Shown: positions 1 to 11,234, counted from the first letter of the stretch. The stretch is DNA of 38,042 nt from Prevotella sp. (GCA_031285625.1 JAITVV010000086.1:1-38042), one strand, 5' to 3'. Notes: generated from the letters alone by a model not told the origin. Numbers and translations are program-made.

Positions 1-1
1 C

Positions 2-385
2 GGCGCTTCGCATTCGCCCGGGCGCCGGCTTACAAAATTCAGGGGAGTAGACCTGAAATCGGGAAGGGAGCTGTTCTGCCACGGGATTGGCAACTGTACG
101 GTGAACACGGGCGAATTCCCGGGCGTCGTCCACGGGCTGAAGTATATCATGGAGAATGGGTACTCCCCTAAAGTACTGTATACGGATAGCCCGGCGGCAA
201 TCTCCCGGCTAAACAATATGAAGGCATCCTCCGGAAAGAAGGATGTCCGGGTTGCCAAAGCGGAGGTGTTTATACAGGTGTTTTCATTTGAGATAAGCAG
301 GATTGAGGTCTTCGACTGGAATAACAGCGTATGGGGTGAAAATCCCGCGATTCCGGTAATAAACAATCCGGGCGATGGCTTATAG
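2..385 (+). pseudogene. RNase HI-like protein, 5'-truncated by window edge, apparently degraded
   Basis: Frame open from base 2: ..FRGVDLKSGRELF..GNCTVNTGEFPGVVHGLKY..LYTDS..WGENPA, matching RNase HI motifs (NxGEF, YTDS, WGExPADFG). The expected PAD-x-GNK end (GAT TCC GGT AAT AAA) is in another frame near 346-363. Confidence 0.65.
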
Positions 386-578
386 GAAGAACGAAGAAAA
401 CTCGTTTGTCAGGTTGAAGGAGAAGGACTACCTGGCTTTGATACGTTCCTACATTACCCTCAGGGCGCTCGAAGAAGCGGGTGTTAAAAGCCTGCCCATG
501 TACAAAAGCGCCATGAGTATTATGAACGATAACAGGATTGAAGTGCATATAAAGCCTGTGGACAAAAGGTACAAGTAG
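375..578 (+). CDS. Small hypothetical protein (67 aa)
   Basis: ATG overlaps the end of the upstream ORF; protein-like helical composition; function not recognised. Confidence 0.6.
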   Translation: MAYRKNEENSFVRLKEKDYLALIRSYITLRALEEAGVKSLPMYKSAMSIMNDNRIEVHIKPVDKRYK

Positions 579-654
579 CGAGAAAATCTGTGTATGTAGC
601 TGTACATGCCGTTCACCGCCGGTAAGCCCGGCTGTAAACTTTTTATTTTTATAA

Positions 655-716
655 TGGACAGGGAAAGAGTTGGATATGAGAATATGTCTGTATATCTTTG
701 CCCTGTCCGTTTTTTT
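655..716 (+). terminator. Long hairpin with T-tail
   Basis: GGACAGGG(656-663)/CCCTGTCC(701-708) and AAAGA/TCTTT stems followed by a T run at 710-716. Confidence 0.5.
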
Positions 717-972
717 ATAATAATTGCCCCCTGTGTAGTATACGTTGTAGTACAGGAATGTTATAGCCGGATTAATATGTTAGTAATCAGTCGGATGAAA
801 ATTAAAGAAACTTGTCAAAGGTGACACTTTTCACTTATTTTTTATTGTTACCTTTTCTTTGATAACTAACTCTTCAATAATAAGACAATTTTACTATTAA
901 ATTTGTAAAGCGAAAACAATCAAACCAACTTTTGGGTTAAATAAAGAGTATTCCAACAAACAATTATAAAAA

Positions 973-1695
973 ATGAAATTAACATACATATATCATAGCG
1001 GATATGCTATCGAAGGTGATGGTTTTACTATTATTATAGACTACTTCAAAGATTCTGATGAAAATAAGAATGATGGGATTGTACATAAAGAACTTCTTAA
1101 GAATAAAGGAAAGTTATACGTTCTGTGCACTCACTCACACCACGACCATTTTAATAAGGAAATACTAAAATGGAAATGGGAGCACCCAAATGTAATATAC
1201 ATATTCTCTAAGGATATTCTGAAACACAGGAAAGCCAAAGAGCGAGACGCAATATATCTGGACAAATCTGACACATACACAGATGAAACCTTGTCTATTA
1301 AGGCATATGGTTCTACCGATCTGGGTGTATCCTTTCTAATTAAAATAGCTAATAAAACGATATTTCATGCCGGAGATCTTAACAACTGGCACTGGAATGA
1401 AGAGTCTACAAAAGAAGAAATAGAAGAAGCTGAAAACTTCTATCAAGATGAATTAACATTGCTATCAAACGAGGTAAAACATCTTGACTTAGCCATGTTT
1501 CCGATAGATCCCCGCCTTGGCAAAGATTACATGAAAGGTGCGGAACAGTTTATATCTGCAATACAAACAGACATACTTTCCCCTATGCATTTTGGTGAAG
1601 AATATGGCAAAGCAGTTGCATTTAAAGACTATGCGGAAAACAAAGGTTGCAGATTTATTTCGTGGAAAGAAAGAGGTGAAAGTATATCATTTTAA
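973..1695 (+). CDS. MBL-fold metallo-hydrolase
   Basis: THSHHDH metal-binding motif, IFHAGD and PMHF motifs. Confidence 0.9.
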   Translation: MKLTYIYHSGYAIEGDGFTIIIDYFKDSDENKNDGIVHKELLKNKGKLYVLCTHSHHDHFNKEILKWKWEHPNVIYIFSKDILKHRKAKERDAIYLDKSDTYTDETLSIKAYGSTDLGVSFLIKIANKTIFHAGDLNNWHWNEESTKEEIEEAENFYQDELTLLSNEVKHLDLAMFPIDPRLGKDYMKGAEQFISAIQTDILSPMHFGEEYGKAVAFKDYAENKGCRFISWKERGESISF

Positions 1696-1763
1696 CTAAA
1701 CTACTTATCCATTTTTTTAGTAGATTTGTAGATGATATAAGTATACATCATAAACCCAAGAGT

Positions 1764-2414
1764 ATGAAAAAGTTGCTTTTACTATCATCCGCATTATTAT
1801 TGTTCATAACTACCTCGGCCCAGGAAGGACACAAGATAAATGCCGGAATAGACATGTCTTTTGGAATGCCCTATTTTAATAGTGACAAGAATAATCCAAT
1901 AGCTGCCGGGGGAAGTATTGGTTATGAATATGACTTTATCTTTTTCTTTGGTGTTGAAGCCGGATTTCGTTTTGGCGGATTTAACCAGAAGGTAGGATAT
2001 CCTGATCCCAATATCGGCCCGGGAGGGTTAGGAGAAAACAATGGAAACTTTGAAGATATCTATCGTGGTACTTTTTGGGCACCATATATAGCTCCTAAAT
2101 TATATTTCCCTATTGGTTACGATGATAAAAAAGATCGCGCAAGATATGTATACCTTGAAAACAGATTATCGTATACACGCATGAACCTTAATCTGAATAA
2201 GATAATAAATATGACAGGTTCTGCCCATAAGTATCGTTTACAATATGAAATAAGGGCAGGGTATCAATTCCCCGTAGATGACAGGTGGGCTATCAATTGC
2301 TGGATTGGATATAATACTTTCGATTTCTCAAAAATCAAACCAGAGGCTATAAAATTCAAAAATGCTACTCCTATACAGGTAGGTATTGGATTCAATTATA
2401 TTATAAAACAATAG
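1764..2414 (+). CDS. Hypothetical outer-membrane beta-barrel protein
   Basis: Signal peptide ending SA|Q; alternating aromatic/Gly beta-strands; C-terminal VGIGFNY. Confidence 0.7.
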   Translation: MKKLLLLSSALLLFITTSAQEGHKINAGIDMSFGMPYFNSDKNNPIAAGGSIGYEYDFIFFFGVEAGFRFGGFNQKVGYPDPNIGPGGLGENNGNFEDIYRGTFWAPYIAPKLYFPIGYDDKKDRARYVYLENRLSYTRMNLNLNKIINMTGSAHKYRLQYEIRAGYQFPVDDRWAINCWIGYNTFDFSKIKPEAIKFKNATPIQVGIGFNYIIKQ

Positions 2415-2420
2415 AATTAC

Positions 2421-3332
2421 ATGAAACGAATATTTTTTAGTGTATGTCTGGTATTAGCTGTATATAGTATATATGCACAGAATAAGGTTACCAGTATACT
2501 TGAAATTTTGGATGTAGCTACAGGGCAACGATCTGTTGTAAAAGAATACCCATATCTGATAGAAGCACCCAACTGGACCTATGACGGGCAGTGGCTAATA
2601 TATAACAGCGGAGGGAAACTCTGGAAACTCTCCCCTACCACGCCTGCTGAACCTGCTGAAATAAGCACCGGATTTGCTACAAATTGTAATAATGACCATG
2701 TTTTATCTTTTGATGGAAAGCAAATAGCTATAAGCCATGGTACAAAAGAAGATGGGCAATCGCGTATCTATACCTTACCCATAGAGGGTGGCAATCCCCA
2801 ATTGATAACACCTTTGGGCCCGAGTTACCTGCATGGTTGGAGCCCAGATGGAAGATATCTAGCATATTGTGCAGACCGGAAAGGGAATTATGATGTATAT
2901 ACCATACCCGCCAAAGGAGGCGTTGAAAGGCGTTTAACCGATTCGGAAGGATTAGATGATGGTCCGGAATATTCACCCGATGGAAAATACATTTGGTTTA
3001 ACTCTGTTCGTACAGGATTGATGCAGGTATGGCGAATGAAAGCAGATGGATCGGAACAAACTCAGATGACCTTTGACGAAACACGTAATTCCTGGTTTCC
3101 ACATATTTCACCAGATGGAAAACAAGTGGTTTTCATCACATATTATAAAGGAGATCTGGAACCCGGAGAACATTTAGCTAATAAGAATGTTGAACTAAGG
3201 ATAATGCCTGCTAACGGAGGCGAGCCAAAGACATTAACAAAGCTATTTGGTGGACAAGGAACAATCAACGTGAATTCATGGTCACCTGATAGCAAATATA
3301 TTGCTTTTGTCAGTTATCGATTAAATGAGTAA
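2421..3332 (+). CDS. TolB-like (PD40) beta-propeller protein, secreted
   Basis: Signal peptide (YA|Q); repeated WSPDG/YSPDG/ISPDG motifs. Confidence 0.9.
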   Translation: MKRIFFSVCLVLAVYSIYAQNKVTSILEILDVATGQRSVVKEYPYLIEAPNWTYDGQWLIYNSGGKLWKLSPTTPAEPAEISTGFATNCNNDHVLSFDGKQIAISHGTKEDGQSRIYTLPIEGGNPQLITPLGPSYLHGWSPDGRYLAYCADRKGNYDVYTIPAKGGVERRLTDSEGLDDGPEYSPDGKYIWFNSVRTGLMQVWRMKADGSEQTQMTFDETRNSWFPHISPDGKQVVFITYYKGDLEPGEHLANKNVELRIMPANGGEPKTLTKLFGGQGTINVNSWSPDSKYIAFVSYRLNE

Positions 3333-3378
3333 TGAGTTTTAAGTAATATGTAAAATTAAAACTTATAAAATAGAAAGT

Positions 3379-4245
3379 ATGAATCAATCCGCCGAGCCTG
3401 AAAAGGTAACCAGTTTTCTGGAGATATTTGATCTAAAGACAAATAAGCGTACAATCCTAAAAGAATTTCCATATCTGATAGAAGCTCCGGACTGGACTCC
3501 AGACGGAAAATGGCTAGTATTCAATAGTGAAGGATTAATCTACAAAATGCCAGCTTCGGGAGGAGAACCGCAATTAATAGATACAGGATTTGCAAACCGA
3601 TGCAATAATGACCACTTGATTTCGCCGGATGGAAAATTGCTTGCAGTAAGTCATCGTTCATTACCAGAAGGCAGGCCGACAATATTTGTACTGAATGCAG
3701 AAGGAGGCACTCCAATACAGGTAACACCATCCCTGCCTAGTTATCTTCATGGATGGAGTCCCGATGGGAAAGCATTAACTTATTGTGCTAACCGAAACGG
3801 CGAGATGGACGTATATACAATTAATCTGGATGGTACAAACGAAACCAGATTAACGACTACAGAAGGTCTAAATGATGGCCCCGAATATTCGCCTGATGGT
3901 AAATATATCTGGTTTAATTCTATGCAAACGGGACTTATGCAAATATGGAGAATGAAAACCGATGGATCGGAACAAACACAGATAACTTTTGATGAAGACC
4001 GCAATTCCTGGTTTCCACATATATCTCCTGATGGCAAAAATGTTGTGTATGTCGCATACCGGAAAGGAGACTTGGAACCGCATGAACACCTCCGATATAA
4101 AAATGTAGAGATACGAATAATTCCGATAGATGGTGGTGAGCCCAAAACATTAATCGAACTATTTGGAGGGCAGGGAACATTTAACGTCAACTCATGGTCA
4201 CCAGATAGCAAGCAGTTTGCCTTTGTTAGTTTTCGTCTTGATTGA
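3379..4245 (+). CDS. TolB-like (PD40) beta-propeller protein, tandem paralog without signal peptide
   Basis: Same repeats and long shared blocks (PYLIEAP, CNNDH, PSYLHGWSPDG, DGPEYSPDGKYIWFNS, LFGGQGT) as the preceding gene. Confidence 0.9.
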   Translation: MNQSAEPEKVTSFLEIFDLKTNKRTILKEFPYLIEAPDWTPDGKWLVFNSEGLIYKMPASGGEPQLIDTGFANRCNNDHLISPDGKLLAVSHRSLPEGRPTIFVLNAEGGTPIQVTPSLPSYLHGWSPDGKALTYCANRNGEMDVYTINLDGTNETRLTTTEGLNDGPEYSPDGKYIWFNSMQTGLMQIWRMKTDGSEQTQITFDEDRNSWFPHISPDGKNVVYVAYRKGDLEPHEHLRYKNVEIRIIPIDGGEPKTLIELFGGQGTFNVNSWSPDSKQFAFVSFRLD

Positions 4246-4331
4246 GTCAACTTTACTTACCTCTTTTTTGTTTATTAGATCGAACACATAGAAGAATTAT
4301 TTATAGCTTTGTATATATAAAGAGAAAAGAC

Positions 4332-5411
4332 ATGGGTAGCATAAAAAAACAATACTGGCAATATTCCCTTATTGTTCTCATTTTATTTATGGGAGTTGTT
4401 CTCTTCAAGGAATTTGCACCTTTCATGAGTGGTATATTAGGAGCCTGCACCATATATATCATGATAAGAAAGCAAATGAAATATCTGACCGAAGTAAAAC
4501 ATTTCAAAAGAAGTTTAGCGGCAACATTGCTACTTATAGAATCTATCCTTTGTTTCCTAATTCCTATCTCTGTAGCTGTTTGGCTGTTAATAGTTGAGTT
4601 AAATCACATGAACCTCAACCCATCAACATACATTACTGAGGCCCAGAATATTGCTAATCTAATAAAAGAGCGAACAGGGTATAATGTACTTAGTACAGAA
4701 AATATCTTATCTGCCGCAGCATTTCTTCCTAAAATAGGGCAATTCTTGCTAGATAGTGTAAGTAGTTTTGTTATCAACACCTTAGTGCTTATTTTCTTTT
4801 TGTATTTCATGTTGTGTGGGGGTAGACAAATGGAAAAATACATTTACTCATTATTACCATTTAACGAACATAACAAAAGAGAAGTAATTCAATCCATAAA
4901 TATTTTGGTAAAATCGAATGCAATTGGAATTCCACTACTAGCTGTTATTCAGGGATTTATTGCCATGATCGGATATATTATATTCGGTGCTCCCAATCCG
5001 GTTCTATTTGCATTCTTAACCTGTTTTGCTACAATAATACCTTTGATCGGAACATCATTAATCTGGTTTCCTTTAGCCTTATATTTAGGATTGACAGGTG
5101 ACTGGTTTAATGCGATAGGTCTTGCAATATATGCGTTGGTTATCATATCCAATGTAGATAATCTTATCCGCTTCTTATTACAAAAGAAACTTGCAGATAC
5201 TCATCCTCTGATTACTGTATTTGGGGTAATTATAGGTCTTACACTGTTTGGATTCTGGGGAGTTATCTTTGGTCCGTTATTACTATCCGTATTCATTCTT
5301 TGTATTGATATTTTCAAACGGGAATATCTTGACGAAAAACGGATTATAATTGATAAAGACGAGGTGGATGGAATTATAAAAATGGAAAAACAAAAAAACA
5401 TTGACACTTAA
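4332..5411 (+). CDS. AI-2E family transporter
   Basis: Multi-TM protein; IPLIGTSLIWFP, DNLIR, HPLITVFGVIIGLTLFGFWGVIFGP motifs. ATG 4332 preferred over the TTG at 4242. Confidence 0.9.
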   Translation: MGSIKKQYWQYSLIVLILFMGVVLFKEFAPFMSGILGACTIYIMIRKQMKYLTEVKHFKRSLAATLLLIESILCFLIPISVAVWLLIVELNHMNLNPSTYITEAQNIANLIKERTGYNVLSTENILSAAAFLPKIGQFLLDSVSSFVINTLVLIFFLYFMLCGGRQMEKYIYSLLPFNEHNKREVIQSINILVKSNAIGIPLLAVIQGFIAMIGYIIFGAPNPVLFAFLTCFATIIPLIGTSLIWFPLALYLGLTGDWFNAIGLAIYALVIISNVDNLIRFLLQKKLADTHPLITVFGVIIGLTLFGFWGVIFGPLLLSVFILCIDIFKREYLDEKRIIIDKDEVDGIIKMEKQKNIDT

Positions 5412-5414
5412 TAA

Positions 5415-6599
<1,185 letters not shown>

Positions 6600-6613
6600 G
6601 AATATTCCAAATG

Positions 6614-6651
6614 AAAATAAAAACGGAGTTAAATAGCTCCGTTTTTATTTT
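6614..6651. terminator. Bidirectional intrinsic terminator
   Basis: AAAATAAAAACGGAG...CTCCGTTTTTATTTT between convergent genes. Confidence 0.85.
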
Positions 6652-6670
6652 ATAATATTAATGATTGGTA

Positions 6671-8113
6671 TCATTCTTTCACCCAAACAGCCAGATTTCC
6701 TCCTTCAACAAGAAAATTTCCATTTCCGTTATCATCAATGATAACTTTATCTTTTATATTCCCTGTTAATTCATACCATATTTGTCCTTTCTTATCTGCT
6801 CCTACATTCATCACTTTATGACCATCTTCACCATTCGATACTAACAAAGCCAGTCCTGATCCCGGATGATCTTTATCACCCATACGCACAAAACCAACCG
6901 TTGCCACATGATCAAAGTAGTCGACTTGATCGCCATAGGCATATTTATGACGAGCCTCCAATAGCAGATCTATAATCAATGTATGAGGAGATTTCTCACC
7001 TCTCACACCATAGTAGTCTCCATAGAAAATACAAGGATAACCGTTTTTCATAAGTAATATCAATCCATAAGCAGAAGGTTTAAACCAATCAGCAATCTGT
7101 GATTCGAGCGAACTGCCTTCCTGCGAATCATGATTATCAACAAAAGTGACACCCAGTTCCGGATGTATTACCGACAAAGAGTTATTTAATAGATTACGCA
7201 TATTATATTCTTTACCCTTTTGTGATGCCTCAAACATATTATAATGTAATGGCACATCAAATAGGTCTACACTATTATTAACTGTTTCTAAATAAGTTTC
7301 CAATGTTTCTATATCACCATTCCAATACTCACCAACAGCATAAAAATCTTCTCCTTGTGATGCTCGCACCTTTTCCAAAAATTGTTTGATAAACTGGGCT
7401 TCCATATGCTTTATGGCATCAAGACGCATTCCATCCAGATTCAATTCTTTAGATACCCATATTCCCCAATCATTTAGTTCTTTAATTACTTCCGGATGAT
7501 TAAGATCCAAATCATTACACAACAGGAAATCATAGTTTCCATTTTCTTTGTCAACACCTTCACTCCAATTTTTATTTTCTCCCAAAACACGAAAAATACC
7601 ACTTCTCTTTTTAGCATCATCAAAACCAACGCCCGAAAAATGATACCAATGCCATTTAAAATTCGAATATTTGTTTCCTCGTCCACGAAAATCGTAACCT
7701 GTCCATGCCTGTATTTCAAATTCTTCTGAAATATCTTTATTTCTCTCTTCCGGATCAACCTCCTTTACCATAAATTTTTCAGTATAATCTCCTTCAGCCT
7801 TATGATTCATTACAGCATCCAGATATACCGAAATTTTATATTTATGCAGCTCATCTATCATTTGCTTAAGTTCATCCTTCGTCCCATACTTTGTTCTTAT
7901 AGTATTACTCTGATCAAATTCCCCCAAGTCGAATAAATCATATGTTGCATAACCTTCATCCTGCTGTTCATCCGCTTTATAGGCAGGAGGTATCCAAACT
8001 GCTGTTATGCCTATTTCATGTAAATGCTTCGCATCAGCCTTAAGTTGTTTCCACAGGTTACCGTCATTTGGCAGATTCCACTCGAAATACTGCATCATTA
8101 CACCATTTTTCAT
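6671..8113 (-). CDS. amyA: Alpha-amylase, GH13 (subfamily 5-like), no signal peptide
   Basis: NGVMMQYFEW, GITAVWIPPAYK, YDLFDLGEF; catalytic RLDAIKH, VGEYW, FVDNHD. Confidence 0.92.
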   Translation of the reverse strand: MKNGVMMQYFEWNLPNDGNLWKQLKADAKHLHEIGITAVWIPPAYKADEQQDEGYATYDLFDLGEFDQSNTIRTKYGTKDELKQMIDELHKYKISVYLDAVMNHKAEGDYTEKFMVKEVDPEERNKDISEEFEIQAWTGYDFRGRGNKYSNFKWHWYHFSGVGFDDAKKRSGIFRVLGENKNWSEGVDKENGNYDFLLCNDLDLNHPEVIKELNDWGIWVSKELNLDGMRLDAIKHMEAQFIKQFLEKVRASQGEDFYAVGEYWNGDIETLETYLETVNNSVDLFDVPLHYNMFEASQKGKEYNMRNLLNNSLSVIHPELGVTFVDNHDSQEGSSLESQIADWFKPSAYGLILLMKNGYPCIFYGDYYGVRGEKSPHTLIIDLLLEARHKYAYGDQVDYFDHVATVGFVRMGDKDHPGSGLALLVSNGEDGHKVMNVGADKKGQIWYELTGNIKDKVIIDDNGNGNFLVEGGNLAVWVKE

Positions 8114-8142
8114 AACTGATGATAGTTTGTTTACTATTTAAA

Positions 8143-8178
8143 GATAAAAGGTATAGATGTTATTCCATACCTTTTATC
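8143..8178 (-). terminator. Hairpin downstream of small lipoprotein gene
   Basis: GATAAAAGGTAT / ATACCTTTTATC 12-bp inverted repeat. Confidence 0.55.
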
Positions 8179-8196
8179 CTATCTATTAATTACTGA

Positions 8197-8538
8197 TTAA
8201 TTAAGCTTTTTCTTTACATCCGATGCTGTCTCTTTCACATCTTTTTTTGTTTCATCCCAGGCATCTTTAGCTTTATCCTTACCTTCCTTTATTTTATCGG
8301 AGGTCTTATCCGCTGCCTTATTAACGGATTCTTTCGTTTCTTCTACATTTTCCTTAATATTCTGCTTTGTATCGTCTATGCCTTGATCGATCTTTTGCGA
8401 TGCTTCATCTTTAGCATCTTTTACCGATTCTTTCACATCTTCGTAAGTATTGTTTGCATCAGCTTTTGTCTTATCATTACATGAAGCAGCAAATAAAAGT
8501 AATCCTGCAACACATAATACACTTAAAATCTTTCTCAT
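8197..8538 (-). CDS. Lipoprotein with YtxH/LEA-like helical repeats (general stress protein-like)
   Basis: Lipobox AASC; K/D/E/A-rich roughly 11-residue periodic helix. Confidence 0.75.
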   Translation of the reverse strand: MRKILSVLCVAGLLLFAASCNDKTKADANNTYEDVKESVKDAKDEASQKIDQGIDDTKQNIKENVEETKESVNKAADKTSDKIKEGKDKAKDAWDETKKDVKETASDVKKKLN

Positions 8539-8668
8539 TTTTTCAATTATACTTTATTGTTCAAAAATAGATTATTTATATCAAAAGATAAAATTTAATA
8601 TTTTATATATCTTTTATCTGTAAGATATTTATATAACATATTTTGTACAAAAAAGATCAACAGATAAA

Positions 8669-8704
8669 AAAAATAGCAATAGAACTTATTCTATTGCTAT
8701 TTTT
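8669..8704 (-). terminator. Intrinsic terminator of the 641-aa gene
   Basis: AAAAATAGCAATAGAA-CTTA-TTCTATTGCTATTTTT. Confidence 0.85.
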
Positions 8705-8721
8705 ATCTATATTGAGAACTT

Positions 8722-10647
8722 TTAATTCGGAGTATTTATACCATTAAACTGCGCTTGCCTAATAGCCCAACACAAAGCATTAGCTGTGAAAGTAGAGTTA
8801 TATATTCTGGTACCTGTCGGACCATAAGTGGTCTTAGGAATAGGTTTATTATTACTATCTATCATAAATGGACAAATTGTTGAACTAGTTAACTCTCCAG
8901 AGTTCCCTGCCTGAGAGTTAAAACCACCTTCTCCAACCCAAATAAGGTTAAATACTTTATGTCTATATGCTGTGATTGCCCCAACTACAGAACCAGTATT
9001 ATTATTTGCATTTGTTGCATTTGAATAAATAATGATATCACTATATGGGATATTCGACATATAAACAACATCTGTAGCATCATCTCCCCATTTTTCACCT
9101 CTTATATCACCAAAAGGTCCATTTAGAATAGGGTCATCAATTAATGGCAAAGCATACGTTCTGCCATCTCCTGTACCACCAGTTGTAGATTGTGATATTG
9201 ATGGATCATTAAATATACGCCTATTAACACGCTGATTACCGCCTGATTCTTCACAATACATCAGGATGACTCCTTTTTTTCGTAAATATTCAACAAGTAT
9301 ATCTGCTTCCGCATCTGATGGACCCCATGAGTATCCAATAATTACCATATCCACTGGGTCTGATCCTAACAAGTAATTTTGCAGGTTAGTGGTTGACGGC
9401 CCATTACCTCCATCTATAATATTCCAACCTTCATACTTTACCACACTTTCTTCTAATACACCATAATTTCTAGGCTCCCTCATCATTATCCCAGAAGGCC
9501 TGTTATTTGCAAGATTATATCCATAAGTTGTTCCTAATCCCACAGTTAAAACTCTTTTCGTAGGAATAACGATAAAGACTGTCACAGAACATGTTGCACC
9601 AGTTTTCTTACTATTTGTTGTCAATGTAAAAACTTTGTCATCATAAGTCGTAGGTGTACCCGATCCCATAAGTCTCACTGTTTGTGTAGGAGTACTATTC
9701 AACTTTCCTTCACCTCTAAAAGATAATCCATCTACAACATCCGTCTCAATAACGTAATGCGCTCCTACAGCTTCAACATCTACATTCAAGGTCAAATCTA
9801 TATAATGTTCTTGTGTTCCTCCAGCATTGACCTCCTGATTAAATTTATATACACCATGAACTTTTGCAGAACCACAAACCATAGAATACATTGGTTTTAT
9901 TGAGGAATCTGCCACTTTTATATTTAAAGGATCACAGGCATCCAATGGCTTATTATTAAATGTAACTTTTATTAAATCGCCATCATTTCCGTCAGGTGTG
10001 AAGGTTAATGGTGTTCCAGCTCCAGGAACAGAAATAAAATAATAACCAGGAGTTAGAAATACACCTGATGCTGTAAAATAATATCCATTATCCGGGTCTG
10101 TCGTCGCCGTAATAGTATATGCACCAGCTTTAGTAACATGCAAAGGAATCGTCATATAATTCCCCGAGTTCAAAGAAACCTTATCCAAATATTCTCCTTT
10201 AAAAGTAAGAGAATCACAATTACCCAATTCAGCTATTGCATTTCCCATTTTTGACTGGAAACAGTTCCATTGCTCACCATCCCATTGATTGAGACCCAAG
10301 CATAATTCTTCATCATCGTTCTCTACCAAGTTATAAATAATAAGCCCTGTGTGTAATTTCTTCTCATCCTGATATTCTTGTCCATTTGCATCCACTACAG
10401 CTTGTGTAACAAAGGGTAGAAGTTCTTTTTTCTTCTGTAATTCCACACGAGGCAACAGTAATCCTCCTTTCTCTGATGTGGCCGCATCCAGAGGTTCTGA
10501 ACTGACTTTAGCTTTGTCTTTAATTTGTAAAGTCGCATATTTCTCAGCAGGATCACCTACTCCTACATTTACCTGAGCATTGAGATTAACAACTCCGCCT
10601 ATTATAAAAAACAGGCTCATAAATAAAACCGTTAGTTTTGTCTTCAT
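8722..10647 (-). CDS. Secreted/surface hypothetical protein (641 aa) with GGLLLPRV N-terminal motif and two repeated beta-sandwich-like domains
   Basis: Signal peptide NA|Q; V.VG...ATLQIKD..KGGLLLPRV motif typical of Bacteroidetes exported proteins; two internal repeats ending G.GTP; C-terminal alpha/beta domain. Confidence 0.8.
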   Translation of the reverse strand: MKTKLTVLFMSLFFIIGGVVNLNAQVNVGVGDPAEKYATLQIKDKAKVSSEPLDAATSEKGGLLLPRVELQKKKELLPFVTQAVVDANGQEYQDEKKLHTGLIIYNLVENDDEELCLGLNQWDGEQWNCFQSKMGNAIAELGNCDSLTFKGEYLDKVSLNSGNYMTIPLHVTKAGAYTITATTDPDNGYYFTASGVFLTPGYYFISVPGAGTPLTFTPDGNDGDLIKVTFNNKPLDACDPLNIKVADSSIKPMYSMVCGSAKVHGVYKFNQEVNAGGTQEHYIDLTLNVDVEAVGAHYVIETDVVDGLSFRGEGKLNSTPTQTVRLMGSGTPTTYDDKVFTLTTNSKKTGATCSVTVFIVIPTKRVLTVGLGTTYGYNLANNRPSGIMMREPRNYGVLEESVVKYEGWNIIDGGNGPSTTNLQNYLLGSDPVDMVIIGYSWGPSDAEADILVEYLRKKGVILMYCEESGGNQRVNRRIFNDPSISQSTTGGTGDGRTYALPLIDDPILNGPFGDIRGEKWGDDATDVVYMSNIPYSDIIIYSNATNANNNTGSVVGAITAYRHKVFNLIWVGEGGFNSQAGNSGELTSSTICPFMIDSNNKPIPKTTYGPTGTRIYNSTFTANALCWAIRQAQFNGINTPN

Positions 10648-11093
10648 AAATTTTTTAGTTTAGTTAAGCACTTTTTGGTCTTGAATGTTATATCTTTTAA
10701 AAAATTCAATGCCTGAAAACATTTCATAAACTACTTTCACAAGCGGTTGAAAAAATAAAAAAGAGAGACAAATATTGAAGACAACAAGCAATAATACTTC
10801 ATCTTTTCTTTCAAGGCATTGAATTCTTAATTTACTGACTATATCTGATTGATAAATCTTGGGGAAACAAGTGTTAAATTGACATAAATCCACACAACAC
10901 TTGCTTTTGTATCTAAAAAAGATTATAATACTACGCATGCGCAGAATTATTGTACACATATATGTGTATGTAATACAGCATCTAATAAATAAGAAAAACT
11001 GATTTATTAGATGAATATTAAAAAATGGTAGTGACTTGTAGTAAGGTGATAAAGAAAAAGGAATTTCCTCTCTTTTGAAAAAATTAATTTTGT

Positions 11094-11234
<141 letters not shown>

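Larger units (their letters stand above)
1..826. mobile_element. Probable right end of an integrated (ICE/genomic island-like) element
   Basis: Visibly GC-richer than downstream DNA; decayed RNase H-like gene plus small hypothetical; TGTAGTA direct repeats (734-740, 746-752) and TGTCA-AAGG-TGACA inverted repeat (813-826) near the composition boundary. No integrase inside the window. Confidence 0.5.

Noticed and set aside
606-824. 72-aa ORF at the element end
   Set aside because: Crosses a terminator-like hairpin and att-like repeats; composition is not protein-like.
3521-5407. Several antisense ORFs (e.g. 3780-4250), representative of similar ones across the window
   Set aside because: They lie opposite well-supported genes and carry no recognisable motifs.
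10660-10959. 99-aa ORF as an independent protein-coding gene
   Set aside because: Non-protein-like composition and no evident promoter of its own; better explained as the 3' part of the switchable leader frame.
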